A DNA stretch of 64,000 nt from a virus (IMGVR_UViG_3300031993_000037:32007-96006), one strand, 5' to 3'. Shown: positions 53,168-62,645, counted from the first letter of the stretch. Translations and numbers: made by a program. Notes: generated by a model from the sequence alone, not told the origin.

Positions 53168-53809
53168 TTATTCAAAACTGATAATTTCATCCACTTCCAT
53201 AGTTTCCCATTCATGTACAGAAAACCAAGGTTCTTCGATTTTATCAGCCATATCTATTAACTTTTTAATATCCGTTTCATCTGTTTTTAAAACACGCTGC
53301 AAGAATTCAATTGTGTCGTCTTCTTCTGCTTCATAAACAGACTCTTCTTCCTCAAATCCCTCTGGTGGTGTATCCCATACATCGATGTAATATTTGCCTA
53401 CAACATCAGGATCATTTGTTTGGAACAAGCCATTACCACATTCTTCTGCGGTGTAGTAAATGTCTGCACCAGGCAGGTACTTTTCGCAAAGTAATTTCCA
53501 CATTTCAAGCATTGGACCCCAAGCGGTTTCTGTGTTGATATTAATGTTGTTCTCGTGCAGTTCGAAAGTCTGAAGTGAACCTCTGCAGCTTATGTTGGGA
53601 ACAAAATCTTCTCGTCCATTTTCTTTTACTTTCCATTCTGCAAGACCAGAGTTTCCAACGATATTACCCAGCCAACCAAGAGAATATGTGTCGAAATCGT
53701 TTGTCTTATAAGGCTTTTTTCTCCATTCTTCAACTTTGTCAAAGAAATCCTTAAGTTTGTTTTTGTCATTGTGACAAATAGAAATGTTTGTATAGCACCA
53801 ATTTGGCAT
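53168..53809 (-). CDS. DUF1281/YubB ferredoxin-like protein
   Basis: MPNWC N-terminus; ETAWGP; Y..EE.G. Confidence 0.6.
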   Translation of the reverse strand: MPNWCYTNISICHNDKNKLKDFFDKVEEWRKKPYKTNDFDTYSLGWLGNIVGNSGLAEWKVKENGREDFVPNISCRGSLQTFELHENNININTETAWGPMLEMWKLLCEKYLPGADIYYTAEECGNGLFQTNDPDVVGKYYIDVWDTPPEGFEEEESVYEAEEDDTIEFLQRVLKTDETDIKKLIDMADKIEEPWFSVHEWETMEVDEIISFE

Positions 53810-53820
53810 ATTAAACCTCC

Positions 53821-56800
53821 TTATATTGCGTATTTGTTGAGAAGTGTCTGCAGCTCATCTAAAAATGCGTCTGAGTTCTTCTTTGATGGTTCATAGGTTA
53901 CAATACATAACTCTATCTTCATTGTTCTTTCAGTATGAGTAATGTCATCAAGTTTGCTTTCCTTGATTTCATATTCGCCACTAATCATCTTCTTCCTCCT
54001 CGTATATAGGCATTGCTTCTTCGGTTGCGTCATAAATGTATTGCCATCCATAACTAATCGAACCGTCTTCGCATTCCTCAGCTTTATAATATTCATAAAT
54101 TGCATCAATTTCTTTCTGTGTAGGTTCACGACCATACTCATCTCTAAAATTGTCTACGATATCCTGGATACGCCATGTAATTTTACAGATGATCTGACGA
54201 TTTGGATTATCTGCAACATCTTCGTTCTCTTCCCATTCGTCAAAGCAAGTAGGTGACATTCCTGCATTTGCTTCGTCTTCGTGTTCTTCAGCCCATTTCT
54301 TAAGATACTCGATGTACTTTTCCCACTGTGTCATAACTAGTTCTCCTTCTTTACGATAATCAAATTGCCATTGCGTTCATCGCAGACAATATCCACAATG
54401 TCATCGAGCATCTTAGTTTTCTGATTCTCGATAACGATGTGTTTATCCCAATCTGGGTACATTCTTAATCTGTCAAAAAAATCTCTTATTAACATACTTA
54501 CTCCTTGTTCAATTCGAACTGAATAGATTTATCACCAATTTCAATAACAACTTTCAACTTTTTGTAATCCAATGTTTCTCCGTCATCTAAGACGTTATAG
54601 CGGAATGTTGAAGTGTCCATGTTCAGAATAGCTTCTTCAAGTTTTTCTCTACTCAATGGTTTTTCTTTGTCAAATGTAAGTTGTTCATAATCACCTTTGA
54701 AGCGACCACCGAAATAACCGTCTTCTATGTCAAAGTTAATTTCACCAACCGCATCTACGATATAGTGCTTACCTTTGTAATCAAACTCGATAGCACCAAA
54801 GCAGCATTCTTCAAGGTCAACTTTCTTGAAGTCACCATAAAAGTCAAAATATATTCTCATAACCTAACTCCTTTTAATTGGAATTTCTTTTTCTGAATAC
54901 ATGTAGTAACAGGAACTTGTTGAATAGTTCGTATTACTTACAAGCCAACTCTCAATATCTTCTGTATCATAGTTATCTCTACGTTCAATGCTGTACATCT
55001 TGATAGAGCCGTCACTATAATCCATAACAGCGATATTTACCTGCTTCATTTATTCTTCCTTGCCTTAAGCATTGCATCTGCAAATTGATAAGCAATTTCT
55101 GCCTGATGTTGCTGTGAGTATCCATCGCAATCAGATAGGATTCCATTAAGTGCTGACATTGCGAATATATCTCTCAATGTAATCTCCGGCAATTTTCTGT
55201 TGATTTCATTGATTGAATCTAAAGCGTGATATACACATACTTCCATAGTTACACCTCCTCAATACTGTCTTCTGGAATATAAGAGTCTTCAGTAAGCGTT
55301 CCATCTTTGATAAAACGTTCTGCAAACTCTTTGTCGATATCAAGTTCGTTATTTGAGATGTGGTCACAGTCAAAATAACTTCCAGCTTCTTTAAGTATCT
55401 GATTTGCTTCTTTGTCAGATACAACCAATTCAATTCCAATTCTGGCAAATATCTTTTTCATACGTTACTCCTCTAATTCTGTTTCGTAGAATTGTTTACA
55501 GAATGCATTATGTGCATACAACTCATAGATAATCTGTAGTTTTTTCTTTTCTTCCAGGTTGATATAATTGCATGCAAATGTAGGTCCACTAATATGTATC
55601 TCTTCTGTAAACCTATACCCAAGACTTGAAAGTTTCGGCTCAATTTCACACTGGCTTTTTTCAACAAATTCATCAAAGTTCATAATTTACTCCTTTAATT
55701 TATTTTCAAGAAAGCGATTTGATTTTGCAAAATAGCCTGTTCAAGTATTTCCCTGCTATCTTCTGACGTATATTCATTTTCAAGCCACCTCTTCAAGTCA
55801 TCCCATTGCCATTCGCTGAATTTGTTAAGATATTGAAGAACGAAGATAAAAGGAACTGCAAATGTTACCTCTGTTTCTTCTTCATCACTTTCGAATACGC
55901 ATGTAAGATTTACAAGCAACCTGTGGTTTCCGTAATCATACTTTTCATCTGAACCATTAAGTAAGTTCAAAACTTCTTCTTTCGTCATATCTAACTCCTT
56001 AATTCTTCCCAACGTTTAGAGAAATCAACTTTTACAACTGACTTCACTTCACCTTCAATTGCAGCAAGAGTATCCTTGAATTCTTCGATATCATCACCCT
56101 CAAGTGTACTGAGTTCAATAGTATCATCATCTTCGCTGCACCAAACTGAATACACAGTTGAATCCTTTGTGTTCGGGTCAAGGTATTCTTCTGGATCAAG
56201 AACCATTTCTGCAATATTGTTTACGAATCCTAATAGGTATTGAACCTTTTCAAAATCTTTATCTGATATGTACATGACACACCTCCTTATCTTCCAAAAA
56301 CGGTCATTTTTTTTGATTCATTGCATTTTTTTACATGAACAACCCATGGATCATCGCTAGTAAAAATAATCGTGTCATCATCCCACCAAAATAAATTAGG
56401 TTCTTTATAATGAAATCCGTCTTCACAAATCATTGAAAGCCCAACATCAATTGCAGTCTGTAATGATTCGTCATAAACAACTACATTATGGTCTCCACGA
56501 CCAGCTCCACTTGAATGTACAAGCCAACTTCCTCTTTCTTTAATATCAATTTCTTCACCTATCATATTATTCCTCCACAATAGTTAATTTTTCGCCACGG
56601 CTGTGAAGAGCATCCACACAGCTTGAACACAGATATCCCATGTTCAATTCCTTAATCATGTCAAACTTGTCACAAAGTTCACCACACCATTCGCACTTGC
56701 ATAAATCATGGTCTTCGTTGTAATCATCAAATGCTGTAATGATTTTTACGCAAGCGTCCTGGATTGCATTGTGAAGTTCATCTACCCAGGTCTTATGACC

Positions 56801-56890
56801 ATTTTCTTCGACTTCATAATGAAAACCTTCTGATGCTAAATGTTTGATACAAAGATCAAATACCTCGTTTACAAAATCTACATGTTCCAT
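53821..56890 (-). other. Run of small acidic hypothetical early genes; the last one probably spans 56567-56890
   Basis: Each has a GGAG(G) site. For the last gene AAGGAG precedes ATG 56890 (MEHVDF), so the longer 57106 start runs through the array. Confidence 0.6.
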
Positions 56891-56936
56891 AAATAACTCC
56901 TTCGTGCTTATAAACACGCTGATAAACTCTCTCTGT

Positions 56937-57968
56937 AAATGCTCACACCGAATGGCAGTGTCTATATTGGTTTGATTGATTGCAGCCGCCTCTATCCAGT
57001 TCTTGAACTGGACGGAGGGGCTGCAATCATGAAGAACGGTTCTTGCATTTACGTTTCTGCTCAGATACTCACAACTCGTGGCAGTGTCTTTAATGAATTG
57101 ATACATTCCCTCGTCCCTGGAGCTCGGATTACCTTATCCAGCTCCCGGTACAGGGAACATTGAATTTGAGTTTCTTGTATCTGTAAATCTGCTATGGAAT
57201 ACTCGAACAAACGGCAGTCGCTATAAAGGTTTGATATTAGATTCAGGATCATCTGGATGAATTTCCAGATGATCCTGAATATTGGTTAAATTACTTGTTC
57301 CGAATATTCCTAAATCTGCTACACACTTAAAGTCTATTGGTCATCTCTTTAATAATGTGATACATGGAGATGTGGGAGCCGTGAATTCCTTGCACGGCGT
57401 AGGCATCTCTTGTTCAAGTTCGACTTTCAAGTATGTTTAATTTGACTATGCACATCTAAACGAAACGTCAGTCACTTTAATGGGTTGATTTAATCCTCTC
57501 AATTCGACGGTCGAACTCTATCTACCGTCGAATGCTCAGGATTATTAAAGGCTCGTTTAGTGTACATTGAACTTCTGACTATGCACTCTGTATCTATGGT
57601 CATCACTATAAAACTTCGATTTGAGAAGCAGGTGCTGCAGTAGTTTGTTTATTACTGCAGCACCTGCTTATTAATAAAGGCAGATACACAAGTACACTTA
57701 ATTTGACTTGCACTTAGACATTGCGGTCATCTCTCTAATTGATTGATATATTCCATCTAAGGATACAGCACGGTTTCGGGCTGTATGATAGGATGGACTT
57801 TGAATTGATGTCCTAGTACATTAAATCTGACTATAAGCACACTCAACACTCGTGGACAATCTCTTTAAGAAGGCTTGATATAAAGCCTCCTGGTACCGGC
57901 GATATCTTATACGCCGGTACCAGGAGGGTCTATTAAACTCTCGTGACTTGTGTACTCACCATTGACTT
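56937..57968 (-). ncRNA. Array of eight ~128-bp structurally conserved ncRNA units with variable central hairpins
   Basis: Anchor motif GG(C/T)CA-like at 56954, 57080, 57213, 57339, 57466, 57598, 57725, 57854 (spacing 126-133). Each unit has a CT(T/A)TAA-like box, (T)TGAT, a long hairpin, GTAC/GTAT-like box and TG(A)CT. Strand inferred from flanking genes. Confidence 0.88.
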
Positions 57969-57978
57969 GGTTTAAGAC

Positions 57979-58881
57979 TTAGTACTTCAATTCGAAGCCA
58001 GTCTTATCTACAGCCATTGTTAGAACGCTGAGAAGAATATCCCAACGTCTGTCTTTTGGCTCGTAACCGATGATTGACTTGAATACTACATCAACATATT
58101 CAAGTGACTCGTTCATATCCTTGCACTTAGGAATAACAAGTCCGTGAGTGCGAATAATGTTCTGCAAGGTATAGTAAGCACCTGCACCTTTGAAACAGTT
58201 CAACCAAGCCTTTGGTTTGAAAGTACAGTTCCAATCGAACTTCCAAGTTGTGCTTTCAACAACACTAAGAAGTTCCTTGTAAGTAAGGCTTGTGATAATT
58301 CTGTGTTTAATATTCGTTCTTCTTTCGTCATCAGAGCGATACCAATACCACTTGTTGTAATCCATAAGCTCTTCGAAGATTGTTTTCAAATCTTCAAGAG
58401 TGAAGAACTGAAAGCGAATGTCATTTGGACACTTCTCTTTAAGGTGACAGAGCAACTTCAATTCACGTTTTGACTGATTGTAAACATACTTTGTATCGTA
58501 TGTCTTACGAACGGCGTGAGTCCAACCACTTGGGTCTTTAAGAAGACGGAAGGTCTGTGCGGCTATCCAACGCCTAAAAAGTTCTGGATTGTTTATAAAA
58601 CCTCCTTTTGACAACTCGGTAATAATCGGGTCATCAGAATTGAAGATGTCTTTCAAGTTTTCATTACTCTGCATAAGAGTCTGCAACTTGTCTACATCAA
58701 CGCCTGCGGCTTTGAGTGCAGCCATACGCACTTCTGTTTTTGCGTTTGTAACATTTTCATTGCGGATTGTTTCAGGAACGAGATAGTGAACTCCTTCACT
58801 CAATTCTGTTACTGCATTACCACTCTTACCGATAACAAAATTCGTTTGGCAATTTGGACATCTCACTTCAATTTTATTCAT
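57979..58881 (-). CDS. 300-aa hypothetical protein directly upstream of the array; candidate RT-system partner
   Basis: AAAGGAG before MNKIEVRCPNC; stop codon about 11 bp from the first array unit. Confidence 0.75.
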   Translation of the reverse strand: MNKIEVRCPNCQTNFVIGKSGNAVTELSEGVHYLVPETIRNENVTNAKTEVRMAALKAAGVDVDKLQTLMQSNENLKDIFNSDDPIITELSKGGFINNPELFRRWIAAQTFRLLKDPSGWTHAVRKTYDTKYVYNQSKRELKLLCHLKEKCPNDIRFQFFTLEDLKTIFEELMDYNKWYWYRSDDERRTNIKHRIITSLTYKELLSVVESTTWKFDWNCTFKPKAWLNCFKGAGAYYTLQNIIRTHGLVIPKCKDMNESLEYVDVVFKSIIGYEPKDRRWDILLSVLTMAVDKTGFELKY

Positions 58882-58885
58882 AATA

Positions 58886-59620
58886 TTAATCTCCTTTATA
58901 ACGGTAATCACCGTAATATTTTTCTTCATACTGCCTTCTACAAGCAACAGCGTCTGCTATTTCTTTGTAGTAACCGACAACACGATGTTTTCCGTCGATC
59001 GTAATACCGACTTCCCATTTGTTTGTGTATTTGTTAAATCTCACACCTCTTACACCTGATTTGTTATAAGAAGTAGGTCTAACATTGAATAGGTTTTGAG
59101 AAGGAGTGCATATTCTTAAGTTGCATTTTCTGTTATCAGATGTATTATGATTTATATGGTCAACTACCATTGATGAATCGGTGCAATTCATAACAAACCT
59201 ATGTAAGATTATGTAAGTACGTTTTCTATTAACCATTGGTGAAACACTTTGAACGTAACCCCTTTCACTTACTTTCCAACAATGTTCTTTAACCTTATCT
59301 AAATCTTCTAAATCAATAAGGAATGAATATCCTTTTGAATCATACATAGTAACTACATCGCCGTTTATTTCATAACGATTTTCTTTTTTATGACGTAAAC
59401 GTCTCATGCAACCACAAGAAGTTGTTAGACCTTCTCTAAGTTTTCTTGCTTGTACAGTTATTATCTCACGTTCTTCTTCTGGCAATTCCATTTGACAGTC
59501 ACATACGCAATACCAATACGGTATGTATCTACCGGCTTTACTTATACGAGTCTCGGCTTTATCAATTACTGTAAGTCTGCCAAATTTTTTATTCTTCAAA
59601 TCTATAAGCATATATATCAC
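58886..59620 (-). CDS. HNH-AP2 homing endonuclease
   Basis: KFGRLTV...WYCVCDC...SCGC; LHRFVM...VDHINHNTSDNRKCNLR; SGVRGV....KW AP2-like tail. Confidence 0.9.
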   Translation of the reverse strand: MIYMLIDLKNKKFGRLTVIDKAETRISKAGRYIPYWYCVCDCQMELPEEEREIITVQARKLREGLTTSCGCMRRLRHKKENRYEINGDVVTMYDSKGYSFLIDLEDLDKVKEHCWKVSERGYVQSVSPMVNRKRTYIILHRFVMNCTDSSMVVDHINHNTSDNRKCNLRICTPSQNLFNVRPTSYNKSGVRGVRFNKYTNKWEVGITIDGKHRVVGYYKEIADAVACRRQYEEKYYGDYRYKGD

Positions 59621-59687
59621 CTCTGTAATGTATATTAAGTCTGAAAAATAAATTGCTTAAATTGTGGTAATAACTACACAATGGGCA

Positions 59688-60080
59688 TCAAAACCACTTC
59701 TTAAAAAGAACTAGTTTTGAGTCTTTAGGACTCTGCCAATACCACTTATCTCCAAAATCCCACTTGTTATTGATGATAAGTCCAAGCACATAGATTTCGA
59801 GTTTCGCTCTCGCTATGTATCTGTGTTCATTTTCAGCGAGCTGTTTGGTGCTTAAATGACTTTCATCAAATGCAAAGAAGTATTTTGAATCTGCTTTGGC
59901 ACTTGGCACTGAATATTTATAGTTTTCGAAATACTCCAACAACTTGTCTTCTACGTTGTCCGGCAATTCGAACTCTATATTCTTTACAACCAAACCATTC
60001 AAAGTCAGAGTTCTGTTTTCAAAACTCACTCTGAACGGCTGACCATGTTCGATACGCTTGATTATTGTTGCTACTTTCAT
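59688..60080 (-). CDS. Hypothetical protein in the RT gene run
   Basis: GAGG site before MKVATII; YKYSVPS and WYWQS motifs. Confidence 0.7.
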   Translation of the reverse strand: MKVATIIKRIEHGQPFRVSFENRTLTLNGLVVKNIEFELPDNVEDKLLEYFENYKYSVPSAKADSKYFFAFDESHLSTKQLAENEHRYIARAKLEIYVLGLIINNKWDFGDKWYWQSPKDSKLVLFKKWF

Positions 60081-60087
60081 AAAGACC

Positions 60088-60273
60088 TCACTTAATAACC
60101 TTTGCATTTGTCATTGCGATTTCTAGCATTTCAATCACTTCACGTTCGTACAGTCCAGAGATAGGATTGCCGTGATACCGTATGTCAGTGCATATCCTTT
60201 TAAAACTGTCTGTAAATCTGTCGTCATTAAAATGTGCTTCAAACTCTTTTGGGATTTCAATTAAAAGTTTCAT
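60088..60273 (-). CDS. Small hypothetical protein coupled to the RT stop codon
   Basis: 61-aa ORF with TAATG overlap. Confidence 0.6.
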   Translation of the reverse strand: MKLLIEIPKEFEAHFNDDRFTDSFKRICTDIRYHGNPISGLYEREVIEMLEIAMTNAKVIK

Positions 60274-61517
60274 TACAATGACCTCACCAAGTTATCGAAC
60301 ATATCTCTATTACCCAATGCTTTCTTTGCAGCAAAGAGTGTGAGATATCCGTCAAGATGCTTTTCAGTTCTTTCACGGTTTGAACGAACGTTGCGACCAG
60401 TTCCTCTAGTCACAACACCATCTTTCTTCTCTAACTCAACGCCGAGTCCACCCAACTCGAAGCGTCTTGTTATTGAAGCACGTAAACAGTCCATGACATA
60501 GTTGTTCAACGTCTTAATGTCTGTTTCGTTATTCATATATGCCAGCACGCCTTTTGCCCAACAATACTGACCGTTATAGAGATAACGGTTTACCATGTGT
60601 AATGCGGATTTATAGGAGTTTGCTTTCATACAACGGCTTAAGATTTCTTTCTGAAAGTTCTTAAGACGTTTATTTGATAAAGAGATTTCAGTTCCGCGTA
60701 TCATAAAGCCCAGGAACTTGAAGAACCTGTCTTTACTGAGAACTTCAACCTTTTTCGGATTGAGAACGAGTTCCTTTTCGTTTAATCTGCGTTCGAGAAT
60801 TTCCTTACCTTTTTCCCATTCATTGCCAATGATGAGAATGTCATCAGAATAGCGAACGTAGTAAACGTCAAGAAGTTTGATCTCCTCGTCCATTTCATAA
60901 AGAACTGTATTTGCCAGGAATGAAGCAACGGCACAACCTTGTTTGAGAGATTGAAAATGCTCAATCTCGTTACCGTCAACATCCTTACATCTGTTATCTC
61001 TGTAATAACGTCTGAGAAGTTCCACAATGCATGACTTACCGCAGATTCCTTCCACCTTATCAAATACTTCTTCAATGAACCGTAATGGCACACTGTCGAA
61101 ATACTTGGATAAATCTGCCTTAATACCGATTGTTTTTAACTCACAAGACGAGATACGAGATACAACTTCACGAACAACTTTACCGCAGCTTAAATCCGTC
61201 TGATATGCTTTCGAACGTTCCGAGATTAAACTATCACAGAACTCAAACAACATGTCATTGATGATTGAAAGGATTACTCTGTCACGATACTCATTGATGT
61301 ATACAATGCGAGTTCCGCCATCATCTTTTGGAATTGCCTGCTGATGAGGACGTTCAATGTCATAAAGATTGTTTTTAAGTAATGCTCCTAAAGCAGCTCT
61401 GAAATCCGGATTACACATAGCCTCAAGTTTGTCGTATGGCATATTCTTATCCACCGCAATGGCTATGGCTTTTTCCCACCGTTCAGGCTTCAGGAACTCT
61501 TCCCACAGTTTGTCCAT
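60273..61517 (-). CDS. Reverse transcriptase (stand-alone, class unassigned)
   Basis: IPKDDGGTR...DRV, KADLSKYFDSV, LKQGCAVASFLAN, YVRYSDDILI, LNPKKV, FKFLGF. Confidence 0.95.
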   Translation of the reverse strand: MDKLWEEFLKPERWEKAIAIAVDKNMPYDKLEAMCNPDFRAALGALLKNNLYDIERPHQQAIPKDDGGTRIVYINEYRDRVILSIINDMLFEFCDSLISERSKAYQTDLSCGKVVREVVSRISSCELKTIGIKADLSKYFDSVPLRFIEEVFDKVEGICGKSCIVELLRRYYRDNRCKDVDGNEIEHFQSLKQGCAVASFLANTVLYEMDEEIKLLDVYYVRYSDDILIIGNEWEKGKEILERRLNEKELVLNPKKVEVLSKDRFFKFLGFMIRGTEISLSNKRLKNFQKEILSRCMKANSYKSALHMVNRYLYNGQYCWAKGVLAYMNNETDIKTLNNYVMDCLRASITRRFELGGLGVELEKKDGVVTRGTGRNVRSNRERTEKHLDGYLTLFAAKKALGNRDMFDNLVRSL

Positions 61518-61589
61518 TACTTACTCCTTACTGTTCTTACAGTTTCTTCAAACTTTAATTTGAAAATGGACTTTATACTGAAAACTTAT

Positions 61590-61607
61590 GGACAATTTGA
61601 TTTGTCC
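61590..61607. promoter_or_regulatory. Palindromic operator-like site upstream of the RT
   Basis: GGACAA-N6-TTGTCC, a variant of AGACAA-N6-TTGTCT seen at 22826, 29807, 43313, 49139 and 50865. Confidence 0.65.
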
Positions 61608-61888
61608 TAAGAGACCAGCTCCAACTTATCTGCAATATGCTTGAGCGAATGTTTGAGATTTCCGGTCTCAGTTGCCCAAGTTCTCTGCTCGATATGACCA
61701 CTTGCACAAACTACAGGGTAGTCTTTGTCGCAAATGGTTTTATACATTTCTTCTGTAAGAAATACTGACAATTCCACAGAACCAGTTTTTGAAGTTCCTT
61801 TCACAGTGATATTTCCACCGTGACCGTCACCAAAATCTTTTTTGCGGACAACCTCGCCGCTGAAAGTCCAATTGTTTTTAAGAGTCAT
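61607..61888 (-). CDS. Small OB-fold / SSB-like protein
   Basis: NNWTFSGEVV...V.ASGHIEQRTW....G. Confidence 0.6.
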   Translation of the reverse strand: MTLKNNWTFSGEVVRKKDFGDGHGGNITVKGTSKTGSVELSVFLTEEMYKTICDKDYPVVCASGHIEQRTWATETGNLKHSLKHIADKLELVS

Positions 61889-62075
61889 TTCATCTCCTCA
61901 AATAAAAACGGCTCCCGATTAGAGAGCCGTTCACGTTCAACAAATTTCTTGCCTGCTTTCAACATCCGTTCTTTGTGTTCGGGCGGAATAGGGCAAATCC
62001 AAATACTTAATGGGTAATTATTTCGTAAGCACACAAGCAAGCAGTTCCAAGCAACCTGGTACTCTTTCTTCATAA

Positions 62076-62645
62076 TTAATCCTCGATAAAGGTGTAAATC
62101 TCTTCTTTGTATCCTTCGGGTAATGTATTTGAGACGTAAATCTCATCAAACGCCCAAGCACCTACATCTGAATAACCTTCGTTTCCTTCGTGAAAGTCAC
62201 CACCGCCACGATCATTGCCAAGTGCAGTAAGAAGAGAGATAGGGAAAATGCACCAATCGTAAAACTGTCCTTGATATTCTTCCTTTTTGTTGCAGCGTTC
62301 GTAATACTTCTGCAAGTCTAGATAAATCTTCTTATCGTTGTTGATGAGATATTTCACATCACTGAGAGTAAACTTTGTACTTTTAATTCCACGACCTTTG
62401 TTGCGGCCCCAAACTTTCTTGTAATCAAAACCAAGTTCTTCACACTCGTCTTCTTCTGCGTAATCACCACACCAACAAACATTTGTAGGTTTATCGAGAA
62501 GTGTCTTTGCAAAAGCACAACAAAAATCATTTCGCCACCAAGAATGTTCCATAAGTTTTGCCATTGTGTACTCACCGTCTACATCACGGTTATAAACCGT
62601 ATCCTTTCCATTACGTCTAATAATTACTTTGTAATACTGACCCAT
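62076..62645 (-). CDS. Hypothetical phage protein
   Basis: MGQYY...KLMEHSW...W.GDY...P..LLTA.GN.RGGGD...VG.WA. Confidence 0.7.
   Translation of the reverse strand: MGQYYKVIIRRNGKDTVYNRDVDGEYTMAKLMEHSWWRNDFCCAFAKTLLDKPTNVCWCGDYAEEDECEELGFDYKKVWGRNKGRGIKSTKFTLSDVKYLINNDKKIYLDLQKYYERCNKKEEYQGQFYDWCIFPISLLTALGNDRGGGDFHEGNEGYSDVGAWAFDEIYVSNTLPEGYKEEIYTFIED

Noticed and set aside
56891-57252. ORFs 56939-57163 (+), 57061-57252 (-) and the N-terminal extension of 56567-57106
   Set aside because: They run through array units and lack ribosome-binding sites; the real gene has a clear site before ATG 56890.
56937-57968. CRISPR array
   Set aside because: No identical 23-50 bp repeats, the variable parts are self-complementary hairpins, the period is ~128 bp, and no cas genes are in the window.
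56937-57968. Type III toxin-antitoxin repeats, integron attC sites or stacked terminators
   Set aside because: Units are much longer and more divergent than type III antitoxin repeats; there are no cassette ORFs or consistent RYYYAAC/GTTRRRY ends; the hairpins lack U-tracts and sit in a larger conserved scaffold.
60273-61517. DGR or group II intron
   Set aside because: I found no TR/VR pair differing at adenines by eye, no SQ motif, no recognisable avd, and no space or domain V for an intron RNA. A TR/VR pair outside the window cannot be excluded.
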